Source of the DNA: Cirrosporium novae-zelandiae
Taxonomy: Eukaryota
Length of the DNA stretch: 64,000 nucleotides
Assembly (NCBI GenBank): GCA_026023565.1
Contig: JAPETS010000010.1
Span: forward strand, 248,001 to 312,000
Reading direction: 5' to 3'
This document shows, piece after piece, positions 39,258-51,784 of this stretch (within the stretch, counting starts at the first letter, position 1; each line of letters starts with the position of its first letter). Under the pieces are notes generated by a model. That model did not search any database, was not told the DNA's origin, and worked only from the letters and a program-made list of their open reading frames with translations. The translations under genes and the position numbers were made by a program.

Positions 39258-40859
39258 ATGTCAACAATTAGCAAGCCGGCCATACCGCCGGTGGTCCTGG
39301 ACACTATCACACAGCAGATCGGAAATACACCATTAGTCCGATTGAATAAGATTCCACAAAGTCTAGGGATTGAAGCCACGGTTTATGCGAAATTGGAATA
39401 TTTCAATGCCGGAGGAAGTGTAAAGGACAGGATTGGCTTACGAATGATCGAGGAGGCAGAAAGAGAAGGGAGAATAAAGCCTGGAGATACTTTGATTGAG
39501 CCCACAAGTGGAAACACTGGAGTTGGTTTGGCACTGGTGGCTGCTGTCAAGGGCTACAAGACCATTATTACACTCCCCGAGAAGATGTCGGCAGAGAAAG
39601 TGGCTGTTTTACGGGCTCTGGGAGCTACAATCATACGGACACCGACCGAAGCTGCATTTGATTCGCCAGAGTCTCACATCGGAGTTGCAAAGCGTCTGCA
39701 GAAAGAGATTCCAAATGCGCATATCCTTGACCAATATGGAAATCCAAACAATCCGCTTGCACATGAGTATGGAACAGCTGAGGAGATATGGACACAGACA
39801 GATGGTAAAATAAATGCGGTTGTCGCAGGTGCTGGTACTGGTGGAACTATCACCGGTCTGGCTCGAGGCCTTCGAAAACATTCCAAAGACGTCAAGATTA
39901 TCGCCGCAGACCCATTTGGCTCAATTCTTGCGTTGCCGGAAACCTTGAACAAGGAGCATGAAAACGAAGCATACAAGGTCGAAGGGATCGGATATGATTT
40001 CATACCAGATGTCCTAGACCAACATCTCATCGACAAATGGTACAAGACGGAGGATCGCGAATCATTCTACTACGCAAGAAGGTTAATCAAAGAAGAAGGG
40101 TTACTCTGCGGCGGAAGCAGCGGGAGCGCCATGTCAGCCATGGTCAAAGCAGTCAAAGAGCTCGGCCTTGGAAAAGGCGATGTCGTCGTCGTAGTACTCC
40201 CAGACAGCATAAGAAACTATCTCAGCAAATTCGTCGACGACGACTGGCTCGCAGCCAACGATCTACTACCCCCATCCTCCTCCATCCCCATAAAGACCGA
40301 CACCCCAGTGAAACCGGCCTCAAAGGACCCCCTCGAAGGCCACACGATCAGCACCCTCCGCCTGAAACCCGTCACCACCGTCCTCTCCAACTACCCCTGC
40401 TCCCAGGCCATCGAAACAATGCGCGACAAGGGCTTCGATCAGCTACCGGTTCTCGCACCCAAGACCCGCAAACTCGTCGGCCTCGTCACCCTCGGCAACC
40501 TACTCAGCCGAATCAGCCACGGTCGCGCCACCGGCAAAAGTCCCGTCTCGGATGTCATGTTCGATTTCTCCAAACTCTCCGAAGTCGTCACGGACCCCAA
40601 GGATATCTTCAAGGATGTGAAGAAGGCTGGCGACTCCGATTCAGCCCAGGGAAGAAGAAGACACTCCGCGACCCATGGCCCAAGCAGACAGGGCAGATTT
40701 GTAGAAATCACAATGGACACGCCGTTAGCCGCTCTGAACCGATTCTTCGAGTGGAACAGCGCGGCGGTTGTAACGGAGAATGATGAGAGTGGAAACATGA
40801 AACCTGTAGCAGTTGTTACAAAGGTGGATTTACTTACCTGGATGATCAAGCAGGCATAA
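39258..40859 (+). CDS. CYS4: Cystathionine beta-synthase (PLP-dependent, C-terminal CBS domains), intronless
   Basis: IGNTPLVRL, PLP lysine in NAGGSVKDRI, EPTSGNTG, GAGTGGT, LCGGSSG, GFDQLPV. Confidence 0.97.
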   Translation: MSTISKPAIPPVVLDTITQQIGNTPLVRLNKIPQSLGIEATVYAKLEYFNAGGSVKDRIGLRMIEEAEREGRIKPGDTLIEPTSGNTGVGLALVAAVKGYKTIITLPEKMSAEKVAVLRALGATIIRTPTEAAFDSPESHIGVAKRLQKEIPNAHILDQYGNPNNPLAHEYGTAEEIWTQTDGKINAVVAGAGTGGTITGLARGLRKHSKDVKIIAADPFGSILALPETLNKEHENEAYKVEGIGYDFIPDVLDQHLIDKWYKTEDRESFYYARRLIKEEGLLCGGSSGSAMSAMVKAVKELGLGKGDVVVVVLPDSIRNYLSKFVDDDWLAANDLLPPSSSIPIKTDTPVKPASKDPLEGHTISTLRLKPVTTVLSNYPCSQAIETMRDKGFDQLPVLAPKTRKLVGLVTLGNLLSRISHGRATGKSPVSDVMFDFSKLSEVVTDPKDIFKDVKKAGDSDSAQGRRRHSATHGPSRQGRFVEITMDTPLAALNRFFEWNSAAVVTENDESGNMKPVAVVTKVDLLTWMIKQA

Positions 40860-41488
40860 TAAGTTATTATTAATCATAAGCATAAACCAGTGTGAAAAAT
40901 GAGAGAGAGTGAGAGAACCTTCCTTTGTTTCTGGCGTTTTCCCTTCTTGTTGTAAAAAACGAATGGAATGAAGGGGGCCCGGGCCATAGAATGATCACGA
41001 CTTTTCAACATGTTTGATGAAGATTCTTTCTTCCCTGATATTTATCCACTTGCCTTTTTCTTTACTGTGGGTATTTTTTGTTCGTTTTTTTTTTACATCT
41101 AGATATTTAGACTCTCCCAAAACCCAATCATAAATAAGACAAGAACATGATCATGAAAACACACTGGAATTGTGCCGCGGGGAAGAAGGGGAGGGGAATG
41201 AATTCAGAAAATTTCAGGAGAAGGTGAGATTTTTTTTTAAATTTGGATATTAAATATTATCAACTTCGCGCGTACTACACCACTACCTTCAAAATGAGCT
41301 TTCAAAACACCAAATACTTTCTATTTTTTCTATATAAGAAGAAGACTTGAGAGCACTAAAGCTAAAACCGCAAAAAAAAAACTTCCGTCCAACCCCCTTT
41401 TCATATATTTTTACCAAGTTTCCCTGAAATCCTTTTTTCTTCTTTAGAATGTGCTGTTTTATATGGATTCCAATCGTATATAATCAAG

Positions 41489-41519
<31 letters not shown>
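41489..41519. repeat. Poly-C tract (31 nt)
   Basis: Uninterrupted C run. Confidence 0.95.
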
Positions 41520-41521
<2 letters not shown>

Positions 41522-41955
41522 ACGTGCCTTGTATTTTCTTTTTCTTACTTTGAATTTTTTATTTTTTATTTGGATTGTTCCATGCTTTTTTGTAGAGATA
41601 GATGCAACACTCCGTAGCCTTTTCTCTTATCTCATTATCTAAGAGAGTAATTTTTTAGAATACCCATCTCGCTTTTCGCCTCCTTTATATCTTGTGTGAC
41701 ATAAGTTCGCGCAAACGCCCTCTAGCTTCTTCTTCCCTCGATGTCGTTTGGAATGTTTTTTTTCCCTTGTGATGAAGAGACCCTATATGCTTGTGTTTAA
41801 TGTCCAAACCTCTTTACTATCACCACCACCACCTTAATTACTCAATCCCACTAACATAGCCATCAACAAAAATTAACCCAAACAACCAATCAGTCAGCCA
41901 GTCAAGACCAAACCTACTTATCCAACGCCCTCACATACCCAATAACCATTATTAC

Positions 41956-42022
41956 ATCTCTTCTCAGTTGGAGCTGGAGTGGAAGCTCTTGGTGGACGAT
42001 ACCACCGAGTAACAACAAGACC
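41956..42022 (-). pseudogene. Isolated fragment of a BUR1/CDK9-type kinase activation segment
   Basis: GLVVTRWYRPP, one extra base, then ELPLQLQLRR; resembles fungal Bur1 LVVTRWYRPPELLLQLRRY. No other kinase subdomains nearby. Confidence 0.6.
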
Positions 42023-42736
42023 CGATGGAAGCAATACGGAAGACAGCTCAGAGTTTGTCAGACTCAACGTATGTTGCTCCTCCTACTACAAAGGGCGATC
42101 GATACTGGGTGAGGTCCGGTGGAGATGATAAGGGGCATGATTCGAGAGTCGAAAAGAAAATAAAATCACTTTTTTTTAATGGGACCTTCACCTTTTCAGT
42201 TTCCTGGATACTGCGGAAAATATCAACAATCATGATGATCAGAGAACAAATATAGATACCTTGACACAAAGCCAAATCACAATAGGCTCACTTTTCTATA
42301 TTCAAGGATTCACTTCTTAGACTATCTATCCGTCACCTCTAAGGTAATTACTTCCAAGGCTATCCATCACCTTTAGGGAGATGATGAGTGATCAAAGCAA
42401 TACCAACACTTCCAAGAGCAGAACCACCAACTCCATTGAGTCTCGACTAGTGAATTAAACTAAGCCTAGGCATCCTCAGAGGTTTGCACTCTTTCCTCCT
42501 GTAACCTGTCTAGAAGGAACACCATCGTGAACACCATTGACAGTACTTCAACCACCAAAACAACCGAAGAACCATCCCGCCCAATTTCCTCGCTCTCCAA
42601 TCTCCTCATCCTCGCCGCCATCAAAAAGGGTTCTACCATTTCCACGGCCACCGAAATCTCCTCCACATCCCCTCCATCATCGGACATCCTTCGCTCGGAA
42701 CAAATTACCCGGCATCCTAGACAACATCTATAGCTA

Positions 42737-42985
42737 CAGTCGTCTCCAAATACTGAAGTAGATATGCCCGGTAGAACGAATAGAGCCCGGATCGCACCAG
42801 TGTGCCCGTCGAGTGTAGCTTTCGGGTCTACCCTTCCTCTCTCCCAAACTTTTACAGTCGCATCCTGGCCACCAGAGAATGCCCAGCCATCACCCAATGC
42901 TCTCCCTCCATTTGAAAAGTTCTGAGACGCCGGACATGCTGCGAGAGAGGGGACGGAGCCGGTGTGGCCCTTATGAGTGAAGTAA
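42737..42985 (-). pseudogene. Isolated fragment of a striatin (Pro11/StrA/HAM-3 type) WD40 region
   Basis: [80 protein letters not shown] matches the fungal striatin WD40 segment as recalled; the rest of the gene is absent. Confidence 0.75.
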
Positions 42986-45440
42986 CTAGTGACGTTTCAT
43001 TATCTAGTTCAAAACATTGTTAGTATAATATTTCTTGGAGGTCGCATATGTACCTACTTTTAATATTTAGTGTATTTGGAATTTGTTCTAGAGCTAAACT
43101 TTTCGGAGTCTAGGTAGACATTTTGCATGGGCGTGCCTTAATCCTCACAAACGCTCTCTTCCGGGGTTTCTTGCTGGCTTGGAAGTAATTTTCGATGGTA
43201 TGATTAATGACTAGAACCCTTCTCCAGTTTATAGACTCGGCCAGTGATGATGTGCATTCTCAAATAGAGAGAACAAGGTTGGAAGTAAGAAGAGCAAGAA
43301 GAGAACGACGGTTCTTAGCTAAACCACTTCTTGCGCCCATTTAGTTTCTTGGTCGTCTTCACAGGAGGGGTATGCTTCTTTGGGGGGCGGATTCCGCATT
43401 CTTGACTGTCTTCTTTATAGGATGGGCAGAGGTAGACCTAGGTTTAAGTTCGCTTAATCCTAACTTTTCAAGCATAGAAAACACTTTCTGCTGTTCTTGG
43501 TCATCTACCCTCCCTAATCTTGGCAAAGATATCTCTTTGTCTCTTCGTGAGTACCATGTTGATGTCTGGGGTGTTGATACTTAGGAACCTAGGTAATCAG
43601 GGCTAAGCTCAACTCACTTAAAAGAGAATTAAAAGCCTATGATGGGAAATGATGAAGGAAGAAGAGATGGCCAGGCTAAACTCAGGTAAATAGTGTTCTT
43701 GTGATGTCGATCTAGGTCAAAGAGGTTTGCCGTGATTTAAGTAGGGGGAGAAGATGATTGTCTGGTAACACTTGCCCTAATGTTTTTAGATGAAAGCGGT
43801 TTTGTGGTGCTTAAGGTAGGGGAGAAGATAATGTTTTTGGATGAGCAAAGTTAATTTGGATGTGTTGACGTTAGGTTATTAGAGAGCTGTTCGGTAATGT
43901 GGAAGATATATGACAAGAAAGGAGTAAGAAGAAAGGAGAACTAAAAAGAAGTTGTTACACTTTACTAAGGAAGGTGTGTTGGAGAAAGATGATGGAAAGC
44001 TGTGTGGCTAGATTGTCGATGCCTATACAATAGGACTTTTTTATATTCTAGGTAGATATCGCCTAATAAAAAAGGGATTAAGACGACACCGGCGACAACC
44101 CATGCAACATTACACCCCTCGTCAACAGCAATTATAGTCCAGATCAAAATGTGAGGTTCTACTACGGCGCGAAAATTCTGCGTAGAGAACCTTGAAAGGT
44201 CTAATCGGTTCCACTAGATTAGAAGAGCCTGCCCTAGTAGAATTCTCACATACCTTCAATTATATACTTGGTAGATTGTGTTCGAATATATACGCCACTG
44301 TAGATTTCTAAGGCGATACTTCTTAAGAATGAGAAAGTTGCTGATCTGAAACTAGGCAAGTGTGCCTATCTCTCCCTCATATCCTGTTCGGCAGTCAACG
44401 TAAAGAAGTGAAGAATATTCTCCAGTTTTCATATCCGTACCTGCATGCTTCGACAGCGATGGCCTTCATCAGCCACGCTAAGTAATTTCTAACAACAGTA
44501 TAACAAACCTAATGAAATGTCCCCCCGTCCCTCTATTTCATTTTGAATTCGTAACTCATCAAATGTCAAAAAAGAGCAAAGTTTCCCACAGCTTGCACTC
44601 AGCATATCACATAACAGTCCAGATATTTAAAATGGAGATTGCTCCCCTAGGTATGAATCAGGGAATGGTAGCTCAATTAAGATTTCTTCCCCTGACCTGA
44701 CCTGACGGCTTCTGTGCGTTGAATATATCATAGTTTCCTTTTTCCCTTAGTATCCCTAATTGCTTGGAGGATTGTAAGTCATTATAACAGTATCATATAT
44801 TGAAGGGACAGATCAGCGTCGAAAGTTGTTTATTCAATCTACGGCGAGGGGCGAATACCTAGGTATATAAGGGGCACAAACACGTACCAGATGCGTGGTC
44901 ATATGATCTATCTGTACCTCAGGCATTATTAGTTGGTGCTTGTTTAGAAACCCCGGTTATCGTATAAAAGGTTTAAGCGCAGAAACTTTTATATCCCTCC
45001 TTCATTTCTATTCATGCTAAATGATCTATGGTCGGTCAAGCTATGCAAGCGGCAGACCGACATAATAACGGGTCCTCTGTCTACTCTCCTAGAGAGATCC
45101 TCATAAAGACTAAGCGACTGAGTAATCTTCCCAGCACTACAGGACGAACTAGCTATCTTTTTTCTCCTCAACGTCACCTACATCTCTAAGAAACAGCCTT
45201 TCAGTTGTAAGACTCTGCAGATATCCCAATGTAGTAGTAGTTGGAATTAGCGAGATCAGAAGGCAAATGTCAGTCTTGGTGAAAGGAGCGGAAATCTATA
45301 GGCTGGATGTCTGCATAGATGATCCATTAGGTTCGAGATGTGGAGGGAAGAATAGGTTAATGTATGGGTCTTCGAGTATCTTCAGCTTATAAGCTAGGAT
45401 TAGTTGTGGGCAAACAAATCTGGAATCTCAGATACATACA

Positions 45441-45530
45441 TGAAGAGTGGTTGAATGAAGGGTGATTGAATGAAGAGTGATTGAATGAAGAGTGACCGAA
45501 TAAAGAGTGACTAAATGAAGAGTGATAGAA
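45441..45530. repeat. Tandem repeat, 15-bp unit (TGAAGAGTGATTGAA) x6, degenerate
   Basis: Six visible periodic copies. Confidence 0.9.
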
Positions 45531-45637
45531 TAGCAAGACACCAGCCAACACCCATCCCCTCAGACGCCCTCCCCTCAAAAAAAAGAGCACCCTCAAATAC
45601 TAAAATAACCCCGCTGGTCAATAACGAGAGACCACCA

Positions 45638-45735
45638 TGGCTCAGTGGTAAACCGTTCAGTACTCCGGGCGCATTTCAAAGTCAGGACAATGGAGTGCTG
45701 CGACCGGCAACCCCAACCCCCCCGAGTTCGAATCC
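45638..45735 (+). other. Pol III type-2 promoter-like element (A and B boxes) without a tRNA cloverleaf
   Basis: A box TGGCTCAGTGG (45638-45648), B box AGTTCGAATCC (45725-45735), 9-bp stem between them; acceptor and T stems do not pair. Confidence 0.5.
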
Positions 45736-48180
45736 GACTATCGACAAAAAGACCGACGGGGGAATAAATGGAATAATAGGGAGGTCGAAGAACAACCCTA
45801 CCCTTTCTCTTTCTCTTTTCATCCTACCCAGACCAGAACTGCAAAGAAAACGAAAACGAAAACGAAAAGCCCCAAAACCCTCTAACTCACCACCACCACC
45901 ACCACCACCACCACAACATCTTCATCTCCACAATATCTCCTTAACTTAACAAACCCCTAAAGCTCCATTCAGTTAACAACCCCCTAATGCATCCTCTATT
46001 CCACTCCACTCCACTCTACTCCATCTTAGAACGAAGCAAGAATAAAATCAAAAAAGGCAATAATAGTAAATGAATGGATTTTGAGTTATAAGGTTATAAG
46101 GTTATGGGTGTATAGTTTTGAGATAGCTTATCTTATATATATATATGTGTGTGTGTATATATATATGTTTGACAGACCTCTGCTTTTTTTATACTTGAGT
46201 AGAGTAGATTTATTATTGGAATCTAGAATCATTGGTCACTAGTTAGTTAAGACTCTCTCTCTCTCTCTCTCTCTCTGAGAAAAAAGGAAGAAGGCCCCTC
46301 AGGGGATATTATATTAAAATTCCTATAAAAGCCTAACTCCCAGCAACGATAGCTCCCTCCCCCCCCCTATACCCTTAAACCTATACCCTTAAACCTAGCC
46401 TACCCTTTTTTTAGAAATCCCTTACTTAAAAAGACAATAACCCCATCCCATCCGACGGCACACTGGATTATTTATTAAAAAAAATGAAAGTTTTTTCTTT
46501 TTTTTTTCGTTTTCTCTTTAGTGGATAGTGAATGAATTAATGCGCGAAAATTATAAACTAATATATATTTACAAGTATAGTACATGTACATGTTTCCATC
46601 CTTCTTCTTCTTCCCCTTCTCCTTCTTCTTCTTCCTCTTCTTCTTCTTTGCGTTGTATGCATATTTTCTTTTTTCTTCTTTTTAATAAAAAAAAAATATC
46701 AATTCCAAAAACCAACGCTTTCTCTCCCCCCCCCCCTTCTCTCTCTCTAAAACAAAAAAACAAAAACAAAAAAAAGTCCCCACTACATTTTCATCTTTTC
46801 CCTATTTTTCATCATGGCATGGTAAAAAGCTGTTTGATATTTAACTTTTAAGGATAGAGATGATTAACACTTAATTATAGGCCCTTTAGGTACTGTACTG
46901 TAAGCAAGTCCTTGACCCGTTTATAACTTTCCAAGATATGGAAATATGGAATGGAAGGAGGTCGTTCGTTCGTTCGTTTGTTGTGTGTGGGGGGGGGGGG
47001 TTATTGTGTAAGTAAGTTAACTTCTTCTTGGAGCTTGTGTAGCTAGAAGAGGTGTGGTTAAGGGGATGGGATTATCACCTCTCGTTATCCAATTTCTCTC
47101 TGTTGGAGAAGGAAGGAAGCGGGATACCTACATGATGTTTGCTCGATACATACGAGAGGAGAGGAGGTTGGAAGAAAGGGTTAGGTTAGGAGAAGAAGAA
47201 GAAGCAGAAGCAGACAGAGGGGGGGGCTTTTTGGACTTTATATATATATACATACATACAATATCAAGTGACCCTCGAGAGAGAGACGACGTATAGGGAA
47301 AAAAATTTGGATTCACAGTCATGCAGAGAGGGCTACGGAGTAAATCAGTAGTAGTGGTGGTGGTAGTAGTATTAGTAGTAACCAACCAAGCAATCCAATC
47401 CAAATATCCAAGAAGAAGAACAAGACAAAAAAAATAACGAAAGAAAAGAGAATCTTATCTATCTATCCTATCGAATCAATCAAATCAAATCAAACTTATC
47501 CCCCCTTTGAATTACTGTAATAACCATTATCATCATCATCACATTCCAAAGGCTTTGTCCCTATTCCTATTCCTATTCCCAATTCCTATCCCCTCCCCCC
47601 CCCCGGCTATAAATTCAGCACCACCACCAATATGCATATGCCTAATTACCCTAGAAAAAGCAAGACCACGATAGAGCCCAAAAAAGGGTGAAGGTTCTAG
47701 AAGCTAGAAGAATAAACTAACTACTACTGTATCTCTACCCAAATCCCTTTCCATTATTTCAAAGGGTCGATATCCAATGATGACAACAACAATAACAGTA
47801 GCAAGCACCTCCTTTATGTGTACCCTAGAAAGAAAGAAAGAAAGAAATGTAGAGAAGGGAATACCCAACACCTCCCCCCTCCCCTCCCCAACTGATCCTT
47901 ATATCATTTCTCAACCCCTAGACCCTCATGCTCAGTATCACTACCTAGCAGATTCAGGCACCAGCGGGGTATCATCATAACTCTCATCCTCGTCATCTTC
48001 ATCTTCAATCACCCTCATGAACTACCTAGCACCGCAACGCTATCATTCCTCGCATGCACTAGAAGAAGAAGAAGAAGAAGAAGAAGAAAACGAAGATTCG
48101 AATTAGACCAAAAAGAGAACTGGAAATTGCATCGGGGAATTTATTTCTCTTTCTTGTCTTTTCTTTTCTTCTTCTTCTTT

Positions 48181-49292
48181 TTATGATGTGGTAGTGTGTT
48201 GCTGCTGCTGTACGTACTTATTGTTCTTTAAGGAGATGATCGGCTTCTCCTTGGAGAGGATTGGAGTAATTTTCGGTTCGTATGGAGGGATTTGGAGTTG
48301 GAAAATTACTCGTTCTTTGAGGGTTTGGAGGTCCTGAATTTTGTAAAGGATCATGGTTAGTTTTTTTTCTTTAAAAAAAAGAATTCTACTTTTGGGCTGG
48401 GGGGGTTGATTATAGGTGCTAGAAGGATTGGAGTTTCTTTCTTACCTTGAGCGTGTACTTCATCTCAGCATCCTCCTCAATACTCCAAAAATGTCGGCTC
48501 CTCCGGTCCGGGTCGTCAAGGAACGTCACCAGGTATCGATCGGCTCCACCTGAGCAGTCCAGGTAATAAAGTATCTGGAGCTGTTTGAGAAGCTCGAAGC
48601 CCCTGCGGCATAGATTAGGTTGGGCGATTTTGCCCTTCATAAACTCAGTTGTCTTTGCCAGGAGCCAGCCGTCCTTGCTAGTGATGTGGAGGGTGGCGGG
48701 GCCAATGAGATTTTGGTTGTGGAGCTGGAAATGCTGGAGTGGGACGTATGGGCCCTCCTCTTCGGTAGAGATTGTCAGTATTATAGGCATAAAGACATCG
48801 TGTTCGAGAGCTTTGCGGTGTTCTATGGCATCTAAGAGATGCAATTTTTCTATAGGTTATTTGATATTAGGGTTGCTTGTTCATATTTCCAGCTAGGAAT
48901 GTATTGAAAGTACGAACTCTCATGACCCATTTCCTCCCACCCCTCCTTCTCTTCATCAGTCCAGATACAAGTGGTATAGAGTAGCTGTGGGAATTCCCAG
49001 AACCCCACGTTCTGGTAGAAGGAACGTAAATAGTATACCTGATCTATATTAGTCGATGACCTAGCACAGGGAAGAACATAATTACCTTTCCATTCCCATT
49101 TTGTGCGCAGAGTTCTGTGAGTACCAAAGCGAGGACCTGGTTGTCTCTGAGATACAACTCTTTTTCCTTATCTGAGAGGGGGGAGTGGCTGAGAACGTCA
49201 GGAGGTAGGGTGAGGTTCCCTTCATCATCGATGGTATAATCAGAGATGTGGATAGATGCAGGAAGATCGTTGATCTGGGTGAGGATAGCCAT
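48181..49292 (-). CDS. Hypothetical protein, multi-exon (3' end uncertain)
   Basis: Protein-like segments MAILTQINDLP.., VYYLRSFYQNVGFWEFP.., LLDAIEHRKAL..YTLK and DLQTLKERVIFQ.. separated by apparent introns; no recognisable family motif. Confidence 0.55.
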
Positions 49293-50607
49293 GTCTGATC
49301 TTCTGTTTTGTTGCTTGAAAAGAGTAAAATGGATGAGAATGTTTGGAGTTGTGAAACAGAATTTTCAAATAGCTAGAGTCAGAACTTTCTGGAATAGATG
49401 CTGTTTGCCGGGGCGTTTGCTTCCATTGCGTACATATTCTCTTTCACTCACGTATGGGTTTCCCTTTTGGCTTCTAAATGTCTCCGTGAGGATATATAAT
49501 GCTTAGTATGAACCCAATCGAACTGCTCGGCGCAATAATAGCACACATTCTCTTGTCTGCTCAATGCAAGTACCTTTCTTTATGATAATTTCTTATTGTT
49601 GACTGCTTCTACATGATTTCTTACCGGTATATAACTCCGAAGAAGAAAGCAAGAGCGAATGCATGTAGGGTCTAGGGACTAAGGAACAAGGGCCCAGAAT
49701 CCCTAACCAGGCATATGTGCAGTGGGCAAATTATATATTTCAACCATGTCAAATCCCGTGACTATCTCTCTCCTGCCATTGTTCAACGACTTTTGGAGTT
49801 CAAAGCCATATTATTCAAAATGCAAATGAAATGGGTAGCTGATGGGTTTATTTGGAGACAAAATATCATGGTCCAGACTTATAACAACATACAGCTGACA
49901 GTGATTAATGCCCTCTGGAACTGAATTCAGGTGTCTACGATTATATAACTGGTACATATCATTTCTCCACGGGAAAACAGATAACCCAAAAGTTCGGATA
50001 TTAGCTGTCGAAGGGGAAAATTAGGGAGGTTCAAGCTTCCGGATATTTATATCATTACCTCGGATCCCAATAGCCACTAGGCGGCCCGCATGGCCTTGGA
50101 ACAACGGTCTCAGGCTTTATTCCGCATGGTTTTGCAGTGCAGTTGAGTAATATGGCCCTTGGCTCAATTCAACTGGAGGGTTTCACTGTGCTGCGGGTGC
50201 TGTTCTGCAGTCTCGGTTGTACAAGTACAGCACAGTAGCAAGAATCTATGAGAAATCTAATCTAATCTAATCTGAAATTCCTTTCAATACACAGATAAGG
50301 GAGCGCCAAGACGCTTATAAAATACAGTACATTCCTACCTGCGAAAGTAGTTGTATGAGGTAACTACGGAGAAACCTTGCTATGAGTGACACCCCTCCGT
50401 CCTTTCCAAGACCAATTCTTTTTCATATCTTACTTTACATTATTACTTTGTGTATCTTCAAACTGACACTTGCATTGTCACTTCCATCCCAGACATCATC
50501 AGCTTTTCAAGCAATATATTTCACATTGACTTTCAGATCAACGCCCCTCATCTCTTTAGTCATTTCTCCCCAACCATAATCACACACAACTTCCTCCTCC
50601 ACTCATC

Positions 50608-51137
50608 ATGGCTGCAACAGGCCAGAAGCGCCTTACAAAGGTCTGCCCCTCCCCCCTCTCTTCCTTCACTCACACCTCACTAACCCACTCCCCCAAAACT
50701 AGGAACTCTGCGACCTCCAAAAATCGCCCCCCGAAGCAACCACCGTATCCCTCCTCTCCGACTCCGACCTCTACACTTGGGCCATAACTTTGACCGGTCC
50801 CCCCAACACACCCTTTTCCTCCGGCCTCTTCCACCTCACTCTCACTTTTCCCCACACCTATCCCTTTAGTGCCCCGACCCTGTCCTTCAAAACTAAGATA
50901 CTTCATCCTAATGTCTCCTCCGATGGGAAAGGTCTTATGTGTTTGGGCATCCTAAAGGCCGAGAGCTGGAAACCTAGTATGCGGATCGAGGCCGTGTTGA
51001 GAGCTGCGAGGGAGTTACTGATCGAACCAAATGTGGAAGATGCGGTTGAGACGTCAGTCGCAGAGTTGATGGCTAGGGATCGCGGGGCGTGGGAGAAGAA
51101 GGCAAGAGAGTGGACAGAGTTGTATGCGAGGTCCTAG
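50608..51137 (+). CDS. Ubiquitin-conjugating enzyme E2 (Ubc14/Ubc4-like), two exons
   Basis: MAATGQKRLTK, intron, ELCDL..LYTWAITLTGPPNTPF, YPFSAP, HPN motif, active-site GLMCLGILK, WTELYA. Confidence 0.92.
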
Positions 51138-51784
51138 GGGAAGAATATTTTTACGACCGCATGAAGGGGCTGCGGACTGTCGGAAAGGACCCAGAGGCAT
51201 CATCATAACGGTGAAATGATTCTGATGGGATTAATGGCGTTGATGAAAGACAGGGAAATGGCTATATTACATGGATACCACTACGCAGATGAATATGAAC
51301 ACAAATAGTACGGCAGTCAGCTCCACCATGATGTTATACTATTCTTTCATTCAATTCTGTTGAAATGAGAGCTAGCACAAGTGACTGCAAAAGGTTGGTC
51401 ACCCTCTAACAACCGAGTACAACGATCACGAAAGGGCGTCTAGATAAAATCATCCACCCCCAGTTGACTCTTAAATGGTTATAACACTCTCCTAAGGCTA
51501 TTCAAGCCCCCTCAATTTAAAGGAGCAAAGGCCCGTATTGTGCATCACAAATATAGCACGATAAAATATCCAATATGTCCATGCATCCACAGTTGGATAT
51601 AACCCCTGAACCATGTGTTGCCTGCTTCCGTTGCATTCCTAACCCCACCATTCAAAGCATCCTGATATTGAAGGATGAAAATAATCTCGCCAAACGCCAA
51701 CCGCTAAATGCCCGGTGCAAATAGGTAGGAGAAACCAAACCCGTACGCTTTCCACAATGTAGGCTTCTCAGATCTCTAGTCATT

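Noticed and set aside
40037..40849. Long alternative-frame and antisense ORFs inside CYS4
   Set aside because: Explained by C-rich third codon positions in the 3' half of the real gene; no protein motifs.
43100..44500. Degenerate coding-like stretches on the minus strand
   Set aside because: Multiple stops and no recognisable family motif, so no call can be supported.
45441..45530. Periodic repeat as a possible CRISPR-like array
   Set aside because: Head-to-tail 15-mers without unique spacers in a eukaryotic genome; an ordinary minisatellite.
45670..45690. TTCAAA as a tRNA-Sec or suppressor anticodon loop
   Set aside because: No anticodon, acceptor or T stem pairing.
29965..45700. Both structured islands (30 kb and 45.7 kb) begin a stem with CAGTACTC, suggesting one RNA family
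   Set aside because: Only 8 nt are shared, wobble pairs favour opposite strands, and the interiors are unrelated.
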